A stretch of DNA of 63,668 nucleotides, counting the filler, from Octopus bimaculoides (lineage: Eukaryota): assembly GCF_001194135.2 (NCBI RefSeq). It is 7 parts of 6 records of this genome, joined end to end, with 100 filler letters (N's around TTAATTAATTAA, not from the genome) between each part and the next. Parts side by side here need not be neighbours in the genome. Positions count along the whole stretch, not along the records: positions 1 to 6,035 come from NC_068986.1; positions 6,136 to 12,798 come from NC_069002.1; positions 12,899 to 29,943 come from NC_068989.1; 4 more parts are not named here. One strand, written 5' to 3'. Every line of letters begins with the position of its first letter. The stretch's first letter is position 1. Shown here in pieces: positions 1 to 13,607 of the stretch. Under the pieces are notes generated by a model that worked only from the letters and a program-made list of their open reading frames with translations, searched no databases and had not been told where the DNA came from. Made by a program: the position numbers and the translations under genes.

Positions 1-35
<35 letters not shown>

Positions 36-687
36 ATATACGTCAGTCTGTCTGTCTATATATATGTGAGTGTGTGTGTATACATATATATGTATTCATA
101 TATTTCTGAGTTTCAGAGAGAGAGAAGAGAGAGAAAAGGACAGAGAGAAAGATGGGGGTATATTCGGTTTAATACATCACTACATTCCCCATATACAAAT
201 TTATGGTCATGTTGCCAAATGCAAGTAAAAATTTATTATTAAGATTTTCAAGTCACCAAACTAGATTGGATCTTTTGTTTTCCGTTCATGCCATTTTTTT
301 TTTTATCTTTTCATTTTCCTTTTTTTTTATTTTTAGCAATACCGTCTTTTTATTTATTTCTTTCCTTCTTTCTTTCTTTTTTTTTATATTGAACTATTTC
401 AGTTTTCTAAACTAAAATTGCTGATATTAAAAGAAAGACCTTGTCAGAATATCAAAGAAACATAGTGAATAAAACTTGTCAAGCGTTTCTGCCAGCATAG
501 GATACGCATATTGGAAGGAAACGAATATAATATGTTCAACTGCTTGTTCTTCGATTTTGCTTTTTATTTTGTTTTTCCTTCGTTTTTGTTTTTGTTTTTG
601 TAGCTTGTTTGCTTTTTCTTGTTCCAATTTCTCTTACTATTCCTCTTCTTCTGCTTCATGTTCTTTTTTTGTTTTCTTATTCTTTTA

Positions 688-944
688 TTCTTTTACTTCT
701 TTTCAGTCATTTGACTGCGGCCATGCTGGAGCACCGCCTTGAAGGACTTTCAGTTGAACAAATCGACCCCAGGACTTATTTTTTTAAAGCCTAGTACTTA
801 TTCTATCGATCTCTTTTGCAGAATCGCTATGATACGGGGACGTAAACACAGCAACACCGGTTGTCAAACCGTGATGAAGGGGGACACACAGGCACAAAGA
901 CGCGCACATCCATCCATCCATCCATCCATCCATCCATACATACA

Positions 945-976
<32 letters not shown>

Positions 977-1133
977 CACACACGATGGGCTTCTTTCAGT
1001 TTCCGTCTCCTAAATCCGCTCACAAGGTCCGAGGCTATAGTAGAAGGCACTTGCCCAAAGTTCCACGCAGTGGGATTGAACCTGGAACCATGTGGTTGGG
1101 AAGGAAGCTTCTTTCCACACAGCCACACCTGCC
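688..1133 (-). mobile_element. Octopus tRNA-derived SINE, family A (ggcgcaggagtggctgtgtggtaag head)
   Basis: Homologous to copies at 1160-1620(-), 1678-1991(+), 4960-5390(+), 11420-11600(-), 16355-16520(+), 18160-18640(-), 23735-23930(+), 27797-28207(-), 35030-35300(+), 36775-37182(+), 40146-40585(-), 47865-48260(+), 48600-48840(-) and 63535-63600(+). It has an internal microsatellite and a gtaaaaga-type tail. Confidence 0.85.
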
Positions 1134-1378
1134 CATACATTTTTGTTCGTGTTCTTCTTTCTTGCTTTTTTCTCGTTTCACTCACTGGAGTGCGGCCCTA
1201 CTAGAGCAAAGCCTTCACGGGGTTAGTCGAATAAATCGATCCTAGTACTTTCTTTTTGCTTCGTCAACGATAAATCTGCATCTTTTTCTGTCGGATCTCT
1301 TTTGACGATCTGCTAACTTACGGAGACGTAAACAAACGCCATCAGTTGCCAAACAGATGAGGGGAATAAACACAAACA

Positions 1379-1441
<63 letters not shown>

Positions 1442-1677
1442 GTATATACGACGGACTTCCAAACAGTAGTCGGTCTACCAAGTTCACTCGTAAGTCATGA
1501 GTCGGCCGGAACAATAATAGAAGATACTTGCCCATGGTGGCACGCACTGGGACTGAACAGAGGCGTAGCCAAGTTCCAAAGTTAATGAGAGCGAGCACAT
1601 GAAGGAAAACGACGCCGTAACACATACCAAACAATAAACTCATTTCTTTTATATTACGCAAAATATTTCATTAGTTA

Positions 1678-1991
1678 GGCGCGGAGTGGCTGTGTGGTAA
1701 GTAGCTTGCTTACCAACCACATGGTTCTCGGTTCAGTCCCACTGTGTGGCACCTTGTGCAAGTGTCTTCTACTATAGCCTCGGGCCGACCAAAGCCTTGT
1801 GAGTGGATTTGGTAGACGGAAACTGAAAGAAGCCTGTCGTATATACGTATATATATATATATGTGTGTGTGTGTTTGTGTGTGTGTGTTTGTCCCCCCAC
1901 CATCACTTGACAACCGATGCTGGTGTGTTTACGTCCCCGTAACTTAGCGATTCGGCAAAAAAGACACCGATAGAATAAGTACTAGGCTTAC
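1678..1991 (+). mobile_element. SINE family A copy (young, runs into gap)
   Basis: Head ggcgcggagtggctgtgtggtaagtagcttgcttaccaaccacatggttc, box-B-like ggttcagtccc, internal (TA)/(TG)n. Confidence 0.85.
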
Positions 1992-2703
1992 NNNNNNNNN
2001 NNNNNNNNNNNNNNNNNNNNNNNNNNNNNNNNNNNNNNNNNNNNNNNNNNNNNNNNNNNNNNNNNNNNNNNNNNNNNNNNNNNNNNNNNNNNNNNNNNNN
2101 NNNNNNNNNNNNNNNNNNNNNNNNNNNNNNNNNNNNNNNNNNNNNNNNNNNNNNNNNNNNNNNNNNNNNNNNNNNNNNNNNNNNNNNNNNNNNNNNNNNN
2201 NNNNNNNNNNNNNNNNNNNNNNNNNNNNNNNNNNNNNNNNNNNNNNNNNNNNNNNNNNNNNNNNNNNNNNNNNNNNNNNNNNNNNNNNNNNNNNNNNNNN
2301 NNNNNNNNNNNNNNNNNNNNNNNNNNNNNNNNNNNNNNNNNNNNNNNNNNNNNNNNNNNNNNNNNNNNNNNNNNNNNNNNNNNNNNNNNNNNNNNNNNNN
2401 NNNNNNNNNNNNNNNNNNNNNNNNNNNNNNNNNNNNNNNNNNNNNNNNNNNNNNNNNNNNNNNNNNNNNNNNNNNNNNNNNNNNNNNNNNNNNNNNNNNN
2501 NNNNNNNNNNNNNNNNNNNNNNNNNNNNNNNNNNNNNNNNNNNNNNNNNNNNNNNNNNNNNNNNNNNNNNNNNNNNNNNNNNNNNNNNNNNNNNNNNNNN
2601 NNNNNNNNNNNNNNNNNNNNNNNNNNNNNNNNNNNNNNNNNNNNNNNNNNNNNNNNNNNNNNNNNNNNNNNNNNNNNNNNNNNNNNNNNNNNNNNNNNNN
2701 NNN

Positions 2704-3025
2704 CCCAGACCGGGCGTTGTGAGTGTATATTGAGCGAAAACACCTAAAGTTCCACAAGGCTCCGGCAGGGGATGGTGGCGAACCCTGCTGTACTCTTTCA
2801 CCACAACTATCTCTCACTCTTTCTTCCTGTTTCTGTTGTACCTGTATTTCAAACGGTCAGCCTTGTCATACTCTGTGTCACGCTGAATATTCCCGAGAAC
2901 TACGTTAATGGTACACGTGTCTGTGGTGTGCTCAGCCACTTGCACGTTAATTTCACGAGCAGGCTGTTCCGCTGATCGGATCAACTGGAACCCACGTCGT
3001 CGTAACCGACGGAGTGCCAGCCAAC
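2704..3025 (-). mobile_element. SINE-like family D (gttggcactccgtc end)
   Basis: Its reverse-complement end matches gttggcactccgtcactt at 63651-63668. A decayed copy lies near 29690-29800. Confidence 0.7.
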
Positions 3026-3521
3026 AACCACCTATGGTCATTCATTAGCGAATGAGGTCCTCTATAATATACGTAATTGTATTCTACATTCATTATTTTC
3101 ATGCTTCAGTAACCATGTCATTATGTAGGAAACTTACAACTACTGATATGGGTGTGACGTGAAAAAGATGAAACTCCACGAGAATCGTCCAGTGTCGAGA
3201 GGTTATGACGTCAAGTGAACTAAAGAGTTTTTTTTTTTTAATTGTTGAAAAGGCGCCAATTTTGAAAAATGTGCTCGTGAATAGCGGTCAGTCCCCTTGC
3301 ACCCTTATTAACTACACCACTGGGACTGAACCCGAGACCACATGGTTCAGAAACTCTAGTCATTACATATCACTTATAAAAACGTAATAACTCTAGATAT
3401 TTTAACCTTACTTAATTATCGTATAACACACCCCGAAATTAGACGAATTAAAACGTGCAATATCAGACCCTTATACAAAGACATTAGTACCAATATACCT
3501 ACCTACATACACATATACATG

Positions 3522-3554
<33 letters not shown>

Positions 3555-3608
3555 CTATACATACATATGTACATACAGGCATACACACATATATACGTAC
3601 CTGCGTAC

Positions 3609-3657
<49 letters not shown>

Positions 3658-3824
3658 CACACACATACACGTGCATACATCATTACATACATATATACAT
3701 ACATACATACATGTGCATACATAGATACATACATATATACATATATACATGTGCATACATAGATACAGGTGCATACATAGATATGTACATACATAAAAAC
3801 ATACATACGTACATACACACACAT

Positions 3825-4010
3825 ACATGTTCTGTTGTGGAAATCAACTGTCCCCTGGGCACCAATGTGGTTAGAAAAATACCAAAGAAAGAGGACATCT
3901 ATGGACCATTGATAAGGAGCTTGAAAAATCCTGTACCCAAGATGCACTTTCGGCTTCATATCTATTATTATTGGAGCAACAGGACGTATACCAACCCGTC
4001 TGGAGTAAAG
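3825..4010 (+). mobile_element. RLE-type non-LTR retrotransposon endonuclease fragment
   Basis: With one frameshift it reads CSVVEINCPLGTNVVRKIPKKEDIYGPLIRSL/LYPRCTFGFISIIIGATGRIP, typical of the C-terminal part of the PD-(D/E)XK RLE domain (E.SCP...K..KY..L...PIIIGALG). Confidence 0.7.
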
Positions 4011-4204
4011 TAAAGGCTAAAGAGTGAACACAAATCTTTAATTCATACGCTACAAATGATCACGGTATATGAGATTATAAAAATCTGTAAGACCTTCTTA
4101 AAATTTAAAGTATGATAGTTAAAACAATATGCTTTCTTTCACAACCTTTCTACCAGGTAGGTGGACAGTCAATATTTACTCTAAATTTAAAAGAGAAAGA
4201 GAAC

Positions 4205-4259
<55 letters not shown>

Positions 4260-4911
4260 NNNNNNNNNNNNNNNNNNNNNNNNNNNNNNNNNNNNNNNNN
4301 NNNNNNNNNNNNNNNNNNNNNNNNNNNNNNNNNNNNNNNNNNNNNNNNNNNNNNNNNNNNNNNNNNNNNNNNNNNNNNNNNNNNNNNNNNNNNNNNNNNN
4401 NNNNNNNNNNNNNNNNNNNNNNNNNNNNNNNNNNNNNNNNNNNNNNNNNNNNNNNNNNNNNNNNNNNNNNNNNNNNNNNNNNNNNNNNNNNNNNNNNNNN
4501 NNNNNNNNNNNNNNNNNNNNNNNNNNNNNNNNNNNNNNNNNNNNNNNNNNNNNNNNNNNNNNNNNNNNNNNNNNNNNNNNNNNNNNNNNNNNNNNNNNNN
4601 NNNNNNNNNNNNNNNNNNNNNNNNNNNNNNNNNNNNNNNNNNNNNNNNNNNNNNNNNNNNNNNNNNNNNNNNNNNNNNNNNNNNNNNNNNNNNNNNNNNN
4701 NNNNNNNNNNNNNNNNNNNNNNNNNNNNNNNNNNNNNNNNNNNNNNNNNNNNNNNNNNNNNNNNNNNNNNNNNNNNNNNNNNNNNNNNNNNNNNNNNNNN
4801 NNNNNNNNNNNNNNNNNNNNNNNNNNNNNNNNNNNNNNNNNNNNNNNNNNNNNNNNNNNNNNNNNNNNNNNNNNNNNNNNNNNNNNNNNNNNNNNNNNNN
4901 NNNNNNNNNNN

Positions 4912-4964
<53 letters not shown>

Positions 4965-5799
4965 GAGTGTGTGTGTGGGTGTTTTTTGTGTCTGTATCTG
5001 TGTTTGTCCCCACCACTACTTGACACCCGGTGTTCGTGTGTTTCCGTCCCCGTAAATTAGCGCTTCAACAAAGGAGACCGATAGAAAAAATACCAGGCTT
5101 TACAAAAATAATAAGTACGGGGTCGATTCGTTCGACTAAAATTCTTCAAAGCGTTGCCCCAGCATGTACCCCACAGACACAACTTGACAGCCGGTGCTGG
5201 TTTATTTACGTAACTTAACGGTGCGGCAAAAGACACTGATATCATAAGGACTAGATTTTTTTTAAAGAGTTCCCCCCCCCCCAGTTATTACTGGGGTCGA
5301 TATGCTCGACAAAACGCTTCGGATGTCCCAACATGGCTTGTAGTCCATTGACTGAAACAAGGAAAGGGTAAGATAAGAAAAATATTTTATCGGGTTCATG
5401 GTTAAGGATTAAACTTACAGACACTCATACTTCCAGTTCTTTATTCAAAGTGACCGATAAGATATATTTTATCGGACGCACGGTTATGGGTTAAAATAGG
5501 TTAAACTTATTTGTGCATACACAAACACCTCACACCACACCACACAACATCACACTAAACCACACATACACACTCACAAAGTATATGCACAATATTATGC
5601 ACTTTATACTTCTATATTTATTTATTTATTTGTATTTTGCTATTCTTGTAATTGCGTGATAAAGTACATATATTTATACTACTTTTAGGTTTCTCCATTT
5701 TATGTAAGACATTTCGTTATACATATGTGCATGTATTTCTATATATATACGTGTATGTGTGTGTGTATAAACATGTATGTATGTATGTATGTATGTAAA

Positions 5800-6035
5800 A
5801 ACAAATAGTAAATGAGTATATGCATATATACGTACAGGTATGTGCATACCGACATCCACCTGTATGTATAGGTGCATATCTGGGTACAGGACATTGCAAA
5901 CAAAACGTAGACGAGAAAACACACAAGCCACATAGAGAACATTCTACTTCATCAGCTACCCCCGTTTTAACACCGGCGTTTCGAAGAGCTGGACAGGACG
6001 CATCGTTAAAACGGCTCTTCCTATGGACCGCAAAT
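5800..6035 (-). mobile_element. PLE-terminus-like repeat, homolog of 48976-49210(+)
   Basis: Both copies share the order GAAGAG..CTCTTC-GAAACG..-CTGATGAAG..atgtggc..gtcctgtacc(c)agatatgca. Confidence 0.5.
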
Positions 6036-6079
6036 NNNNNNNNNNNNNNNNNNNNNNNNNNNNNNNNNNNNNNNNNNNN

Positions 6080-6091
6080 TTAATTAATTAA
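6080..6091. other. Assembly spacer TTAATTAATTAA inside a 44N+12+44N gap
   Basis: The identical arrangement occurs at 12843, 29988, 48920, 57533 and 62184. The 12-mer has stops in all six frames. Confidence 0.95.
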
Positions 6092-6135
6092 NNNNNNNNN
6101 NNNNNNNNNNNNNNNNNNNNNNNNNNNNNNNNNNN

Positions 6136-6630
6136 GCCAGTTATATTTCAATTGTTTACCTTCTGCCAGTTATATTTCAACTGTTTACCTTCTGCCAGTT
6201 ATATTTCAACTGTTTACGTTCTGCCAGTTATATTACAACTGTTTACCTTCTGCCAGTTATATTTCAACTGTTTACATTCTGCCAGTTATATTTCAATTGT
6301 TTACCGTCTGCCAGTTATATTTCAACTGTTTACCTTCTGCCAGTTATATTCCAACTGTTTACCTTCTGCCAGTTATATTCCAACTGTTGACCTTCTGCCA
6401 GTTATATTTCAACTGCTTACCTTCTGCCAGTTATATTTCAACTGTTTACCTTCTGCTAGTTATATTTCAACTGTTTACCCTCTGCCAGTTATATTTCAAC
6501 TGTTTACCTTCTGCCAGTTATATTTCAACTGTTTACCGTCTGCCTTTTATATCTCAACTGTTTGCCCTCTGCCTTTTATAATTCAACTGTTTACCGTCTG
6601 CCAGTTATATTTGAACAGTTTACCGTCTGC
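6136..6630. repeat. 29-bp minisatellite, about 17 copies
   Basis: Unit gccagttatatttcaactgtttaccttct (starts at 6136, 6165, ...). It degenerates toward the 3' end and its 5' end is lost in a gap. It explains the C/Q/L/Y-rich ORFs at 6152-6649. Confidence 0.95.
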
Positions 6631-7539
6631 TAGTTCGCTATTTAAATAAGTTAAAGTAAATATAGGCATTCATGTCTCTGGTACATTTACAAACTATTCT
6701 AACATTTAGCAATTAATTTCTAATATGAGTTGCAAATTTTGGCAGCAAGTGGAGGGGGAGGGCTATCTCGATTACATCGACCCTAGTACTTAACTGGTAC
6801 TTGTGTGAAGTATACTGACAGTTCGAAAACGAAAGCAGTGAACTTAAGCTTTTATTTGCTTACAACTCGATCAGCGCTTCAAAACAATACCACACTAACT
6901 TACACTTATTCAGTAAGATACAAATGTACACTATTAATATCCAGCACAAATCCACATCCTCAAACAAAAGAACATACGACATATTTAAACAAATGTACCA
7001 ATATATTCACCTGATTAATATTGAATTCACTCCTTTTTACCATTTAATATTCTTATAGCACTTTATTATAATTTAAATGCACGAAGTCAGATGACGGGTT
7101 CAAATCCTATGGATATTTTAGGTAATCAAACGGCTGCATCTGAGAACTATACAATACATCAGAATACCTTTCTATAATCTACATAATTACATAAAATCAT
7201 CCACCCCAAAACATTGAAAGGTAATTTGAACTCAGAACGTAAAGATGGACGAAAGGTTTCTAAGCTTTTCCCCGGCGTGCTAGCGATTCTGCCAGATCAC
7301 CACGTTAATTAGTATTAATATTAATATTAGGTGAACTGAGCCGCTGATATTCAAATACTTTTGGCCGTTCTGCCATCAGCTATTGAAAGGCCATTCATCG
7401 AGAGGTTTCAGATACACACCTCGCCTAGTATGAACTGTTCTTATGTCGAATGTCTAACAAAAACCAATTTCCGATAATAGCAACGAGTATGTGTTTAAAT
7501 ACTACCCTACCGTTGACCTAAACAAACGTCTATGCGCGC

Positions 7540-7591
<52 letters not shown>

Positions 7592-8084
7592 TAACAGATA
7601 AAATGTGAGAAATGCGGTGATCGCTACAACCGCTACACAATCCGGAAACTCCATATCCGGATTCAGAAACGCTCACATAGTGCTTTTCCGGTTAAGAAAC
7701 AAATGTCACGTCACGCAATAACGAAGTAGGAATATCCATTTCAGCTGCAGACCGGAATATTAGTAACTTATGAGTTAAGAAGACTATTCTCATCAAATAG
7801 CATAAAACAATTGTTGAACAACAGAACCGAAATGAATGGCACCAACTAGCGCTTCTAACTATGTTGCTTTATCTCTCTTTCTCTCTCTAACTCTNNNNNN
7901 NNNNNNNNNNNNNNNNNNNNNNNNNNNNNNNNNNNNNNNNNNNNNNNNNNNNNNNNNNNNNNNNNNNNNNNNNNNNNNNNNNNNNNNNNNNNNNNNNNNN
8001 NNNNNNNNNNNNNNNNNNNNNNNNNNNNNNNNNNNNNNNNNNNNNNNNNNNNNNNNNNNNNNNNNNNNNNNNNNNNNNNNNNNN

Positions 8085-8120
<36 letters not shown>

Positions 8121-8843
8121 CTACTCACTTTTTCACTTTTCTAATTAATATCTCACTAACATTCACTACCCCACAACATATTTTACTACACCCTTTGTAC
8201 AACCAACCTTATATAAAAGAAGAATATTCTCACGATGCATCAACTACTGAGCCTGGTTTTCTTTTGAATATTCACTATCTGGATATTTTTATTTTTTTTG
8301 AAATATGAATGGAAAGTTTGAAAGAAACACTTAACCTTATGTTCTCTCGATTAAAAAGCTTTGTGAACGAAAAGTGTGAAACCGGCTACGCTTTTGATAT
8401 CATTTCTGGTTCTCATCGTAATATTATTATAAACATCATAAACTCCATACAATCGAAGTCATAAAATTGCGTTGCTTTTTGGCCAATGTTCCAAAATAAT
8501 ACTTTTAAGTTACACTTTTAATCAATACTCCTAATTAATATTTTTAAAACAATGAGTGTGCATTTGCATGCTCCTGTATACATGCGTATATATTCACACA
8601 CACACACATATATACACTGAATTGCATATTCGTTTATACATATATACATACATGTATACATATGCTCGCATGCCGACACGCACGCACGCTCACAAACATA
8701 CACACAAACACAAACACACACAAACACACACAAACACAAACACACACAAACACACACACACATGCATTAAAATATATCAATAAATCCTATTATTTAAAGA
8801 CTTCAAAAACCAACGATTTTGATTATTTTCTTTTCTATTGTAG

Positions 8844-9010
8844 ATAATACACCACCATACAGGAAGGAGAGCATGAAATCAAATGTGTGGTGTGACCTTT
8901 ATTTGAGCGAAAAATTGAGAGTTTTGACTCAAAGCGTCAATAGTTTGAACAAAAGAAATGAACTGTCAACGCATTGTAAGCATGCGTTCAATTTCGTGTT
9001 GCTTCAGAGA
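8844..9010 (+). mobile_element. Penelope-like element GIY-YIG endonuclease C-terminal fragment
   Basis: KSNVWCDLYLSEKLRVLTQSVNSLNKRNELSTHCKHAFNF resembles the PLE C-terminal pattern CxLCLxEK...LNKRNEL...CRH. Confidence 0.65.
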
Positions 9011-9229
9011 AAGAAAGAAGAAAAAACGCACTCTGAGTACTGGAAATCGGAGTTTCAGTCATGATGTATTAAAAAAAAACAATATAATGATGATGATGGT
9101 GGATGTGGCAGTAGTTGTAGTGGTGAGTCGATAGGGAAAGTGTAGTGTTTTGTTTTAAATGACTAAATTTTTTATATCGCCTATCAATTAACGCATGCGC
9201 ATAAGTGTTATTATTTATCGTTGCTCGCT

Positions 9230-9737
9230 GGAAAATTGATATTTGTTTATAAAATATAGATGACAGACGATATAAGCTAACAGAGGAATGTCTGAGACGT
9301 AAAGATAAACAGAGGGTCGAATCATCAGAACAATCAGAGGAGCATCGGCGAGTACAAGGGAAAATATGAATCAAAGATTATAGAGTGAGTAATTACAACA
9401 GGTAAGGGGACGAATTTAAGATATAAAATTAAAATGAGAGAGAATGTTTAAAAAGTTGTAAATACATGGTTGAAAATGACTACAAAAGCATCGTGAATAT
9501 TTTGGATAATCATTGCGAAGCTATTAGATTCATTAATGAACCTCTGAACTGCTTAGAGAATGAGAAAGTCATGTTCTTTTAGTTATAATACTATCCAGAA
9601 GAATTGAAAGATGTTTTCAATGAACGTAATGTAGAATATACAATTTATAAGGAACACTAATTTTTATGACTCTATGTAAAGTTACAACCATTTAAAATAC
9701 TTCAAATCTACCGTAGAATTTCCACGGGTCCTGCTAG
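9230..9737 (+). mobile_element. Helitron remnant with 3' terminus
   Basis: Subterminal hairpin CCGTAG-AATTT-CCACGG (9711-9727) followed by terminal CTAG|T (9734-9738). An upstream R/E/Q-rich degenerate reading resembles Helitron N-terminal repeats. The 5' end is not defined. Confidence 0.55.
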
Positions 9738-10072
9738 TTATTTTCTTTTCTTTCTCAGAGATCTCCGTCTTACATGCTCTGGTTGATTCTGTAAGAACGG
9801 ACAGCAACTTGTTGTCAGAGGTTTCACAGGGGCTCTTTCTGCAAAATATAAGCTTTGCTACCTAGATGTTAACTTATCGTGGAAGGCACTTAACATCGAA
9901 ACACTCATCTCAAAATCCAAGCTGTCCTTAATGCCAATTCCAATTTATCGGACATATTTCTCGAACCTGGTTGTAAGCGCTCCGAATGCCCCTACACTTA
10001 CTGGAATAATAGTTACTCTCTTCATTGCCTACATTCTTGCAATTTCGTCTTTTAGTAGTCCGTATTTGTCCT

Positions 10073-10130
10073 TTTACTTCTTCTTCTTCTTCTTCTTCTT
10101 TTTCTTCTTCTTCTTCTTCTTCTTCTTCTT

Positions 10131-10193
<63 letters not shown>

Positions 10194-10203
10194 GTTGTTG
10201 TTG

Positions 10204-10255
<52 letters not shown>

Positions 10256-10262
10256 CATTATT
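10073..10262. repeat. Compound (TTC)n(TTA)n(TTG)n(TTA)n microsatellite
   Basis: Directly visible. Confidence 0.97.
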
Positions 10263-10267
10263 AAGAT

Positions 10268-10480
10268 CGCGGCGAGGTGACTGTATCGCTAGCGCGCTAG
10301 ACGAAATGCCTAGCGGTATTTAGCCAAGTTCTGAGTTCAAATTCCGCCGAGGTCAACTTTACCTTTCATCCTTTCATCCTTTCTGGGTCGATAGATTAAG
10401 TACCAGCTGAACACTGGGGTCGATGTGATCGATATATCGCCTCCCCCAAATAGCTGCCCTTGTGACAAAATTTGAAGCCA
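10268..10480 (+). mobile_element. tRNA-derived SINE family B (ggcggcgagctggcagaatcgttag head)
   Basis: The shared core gttctgagttcaaattccgccgaggtcgactttgcctttcatcctttcggggtcgat also occurs at 10582-10770, 14413-14780, 45920-46120, 54595-54800(+) and 23990-24125(-). It usually ends in (ATT)n. Confidence 0.8.
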
Positions 10481-10483
10481 TTA

Positions 10484-10551
<68 letters not shown>

Positions 10552-11607
10552 ATTATTATTATTATTATCATTATTATTATTAAGGTGAGCTGGGAGAATC
10601 GTTACCACACTGGGTAAAATGCTTAGCTGCATTTCGTCCGTTTGTACGTTCATTCTCAGTTCATTGTTTCGGGGTCGATAAAACAAGAACGAGATGAGCA
10701 CTGGAGTCGATGTAATCGACGTATCCCTTCCCGCCACATTGCTGGCCTTGTGGCAAAATTTGGAACACTTATTATTATTGTTGTTATTGGTAGTAGTAGT
10801 AGTAGTAGTAGTAGTATATGTCACGTGTAGCACATTCCTGGATTTAATTCGGTCTGAAGATGCACTTTTACTTGATAGATCAAAGTAAATGAATGGTTTA
10901 ATTAAATCGAAGTGAATACATAGGTGTTTGATTTATTTAGAATTTTCGTCTTGTAGTTGAGCAAAAGATAATTTCCTTTTTGCTTACCTGTTGAGATTAC
11001 TTTCGTTTGGAGAAAGAAATATTTTAATTTCATTTGGTCAATTGAGAATTCAGTGCTACTGATAGTTCCAAATTTATCATCAAAACACATTTCATACAGA
11101 GATTCCACATCTTATGGTTAATATGGAGAGGTGAAATTAATTTGCTCGTTCCCTTGTAGATTATTTTGCTTTCGCTATTGATACAGGTGAAAGTAAACCA
11201 TCTGAAGACGGATGGAGAGATCACCAGACTGTAGGCTTTTTAATTCAATAATGAATCACTACATCACCTTTTTTTATCAAAACACGTGACATCACATAAT
11301 AGTGTTGGCAGGTCATTGATGTTACCACGTGTCTTCGCTTATCAACACGGACAGAATTACACGAAATTCCACAGCATAAAAGCTGCTATGAACTCTCACA
11401 CACCTTATCTTATCCTTATTTCAATCATTTCACTATGGCCATGCTAGAGCACCGCTTTGAGGAGTTTTAATCAAACAAATCAACCACAGTATTTATTTCT
11501 CTTAAAGTCTGATGCCTAGTTTATTGGTATATAAAGGGGAATATAAATAAAACAACACCGGTTGTCGAACAGTGGCAGTGGCAACCACAAAATGATGAAC
11601 ACACACA

Positions 11608-11648
<41 letters not shown>

Positions 11649-11926
11649 ATACATTCATACACACATGTTTATATGAATGCTTGTATGTATCTCTGTGTCT
11701 GCTGCCATTCACCCCCGGTGAAATACTGAGTGCGAGAAAGAAGCAAAAAGAATTTAGCACAGAACTACGCTGGAACTGCATCAGCCGACGACGAGAAGAA
11801 ATGGGAGCTTTAAACAGGGTAGGGGGGATTTGAAAGGGGGAGCAGGAATGAATGCTGCAAAGGGATTCTATGCAATGGCATAACGACAACAGAAAAAGAA
11901 CATAGATAGATAGATACATACATACA

Positions 11927-11962
<36 letters not shown>

Positions 11963-11973
11963 TNNNNNNNNNN

Positions 11974-12032
<59 letters not shown>

Positions 12033-12198
12033 TTGATTGATTGATTAATTGATCGATTCATAGATTGATATATAAATAGACAGGCAAACACATAGAGTGG
12101 TGCAAAGAAAGAATGACATATTAATAGACAGACATACATACATGCCTACAGACATACAGACAGGCAGGACAAACAGATATAGAGAAAAGCAAATAGAC

Positions 12199-12249
<51 letters not shown>

Positions 12250-13019
12250 AAATATTTATAGACTTAAGTGCTAATACTGTCAGTTACCACGAGTGTATAC
12301 AGTAAATATACACAATCTTGCGAGCATATTGTAGAGTTGTTCTGGTTATATTCGTTGCAACTTTCACTGTTGGGTATTAATCTACAGAAATGAACAAAAT
12401 TATGATGAAATAAAAAAAGACAATGCTGATATATATATATATATATATAATTATGTGTATTTCTTCTATCTTAATGAATAACAATTCTTCTGATAGAATA
12501 AATGGGTTAATAGAAACCAATGTAGCAAAGAACACAAAATAAGTGTGGTTTAGTTCCTGTTTTTAAGGCAGGAACTCCTTGAAATTTTGGGTATTTGAGT
12601 ATATTTAAGAATTTAAGGAATGGAGAAAACGCATGTTATAATTGCATACTTTATTCCTACATATGGTTCAAAGGATTACAACCTGTGTGATCCATACGGA
12701 TCTCTGATATTAAAATTGTAACCTTCTCATCAGGGAAAGCATGGGAATCATCTTAAACGTAAGACATTATGACCGATTATGAAAACAATAGATGGATANN
12801 NNNNNNNNNNNNNNNNNNNNNNNNNNNNNNNNNNNNNNNNNNTTAATTAATTAANNNNNNNNNNNNNNNNNNNNNNNNNNNNNNNNNNNNNNNNNNNNGA
12901 TAATGGTGCTTACAGACCAAAGGGCTTGGTAAAAATTATTAATTATTAATTTATTAATAAATTGATAATTCTTTACCCTTTTAATTGTAATATATATATA
13001 TATACATAGTCTCACCATT

Positions 13020-13200
13020 CCATAGCGAAACTGAGAGTCGTTTGTTAATGCCTGGAACCAGCAAGAGGAGTGGATTGGGCTCTTGTGGATGTATATTGTT
13101 TCCTCGTTAAGATTCTTGTACGGGTAATATTGCCCGTATACAGGTTTGAGGTTACATCCAAGAAATCGACCGTAGTCAGGTTGGTGGTAACCGTTATATA
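13020..13200 (-). mobile_element. Penelope-like element reverse transcriptase fragment (thumb region)
   Basis: The minus strand reads ITVTTNLTTVDFLDVTSNLYTG, then after a frameshift QYYPYKNLNEETIYIHKS. This matches the PLE RT pattern NL..VDFLDVT.NL.TG.Y.PY.KPN....YIH..SNHP. Confidence 0.75.
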
Positions 13201-13548
13201 TGTATGCATGTGTATGTGTGTGTGTACACACGCACACACACACATACAACATTTTACAACCAATAAAATGCACTCATACACCTGCTATATATGCACACAC
13301 ATACACACACTTACGCATACACACATATGCACACACTCCCTAGCCTTGCTTCTGTCAGCTTCCCAGATAGCCAGACGCCACCAACTTCTTGTCCAGCAGC
13401 TCTGGTGCCGCTGAAACGCAAATTTTACCTCTAACTACACCGTGTGACCTGCCTTGACCACTTTTCCAGTAGCCATCTTGGACTTTCTGTTTTCTTCCAT
13501 TGTAAAACTAGTCGCATAGAGCTCTTCTAAATAATAACAATAACAATG

Positions 13549-13607
<59 letters not shown>

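Noticed and set aside
1903-2817. Long ORFs crossing N runs (also 4112-5055, 20168-20682, 33026-33514, 58396-59496)
   Set aside because: They stay open only because N codons are not stops, so they are artefacts.
6136-6630. Regular repeat array as a CRISPR-like locus or repeat protein
   Set aside because: Units are head-to-tail with no unique spacers and the context is eukaryotic. The 29-bp period is not a multiple of 3, so the reading frame cycles.
10988-11170. Minus-strand exon candidate ending CAG|gtaagc
   Set aside because: The translation is unrecognisable and I found no acceptor or partner exon.
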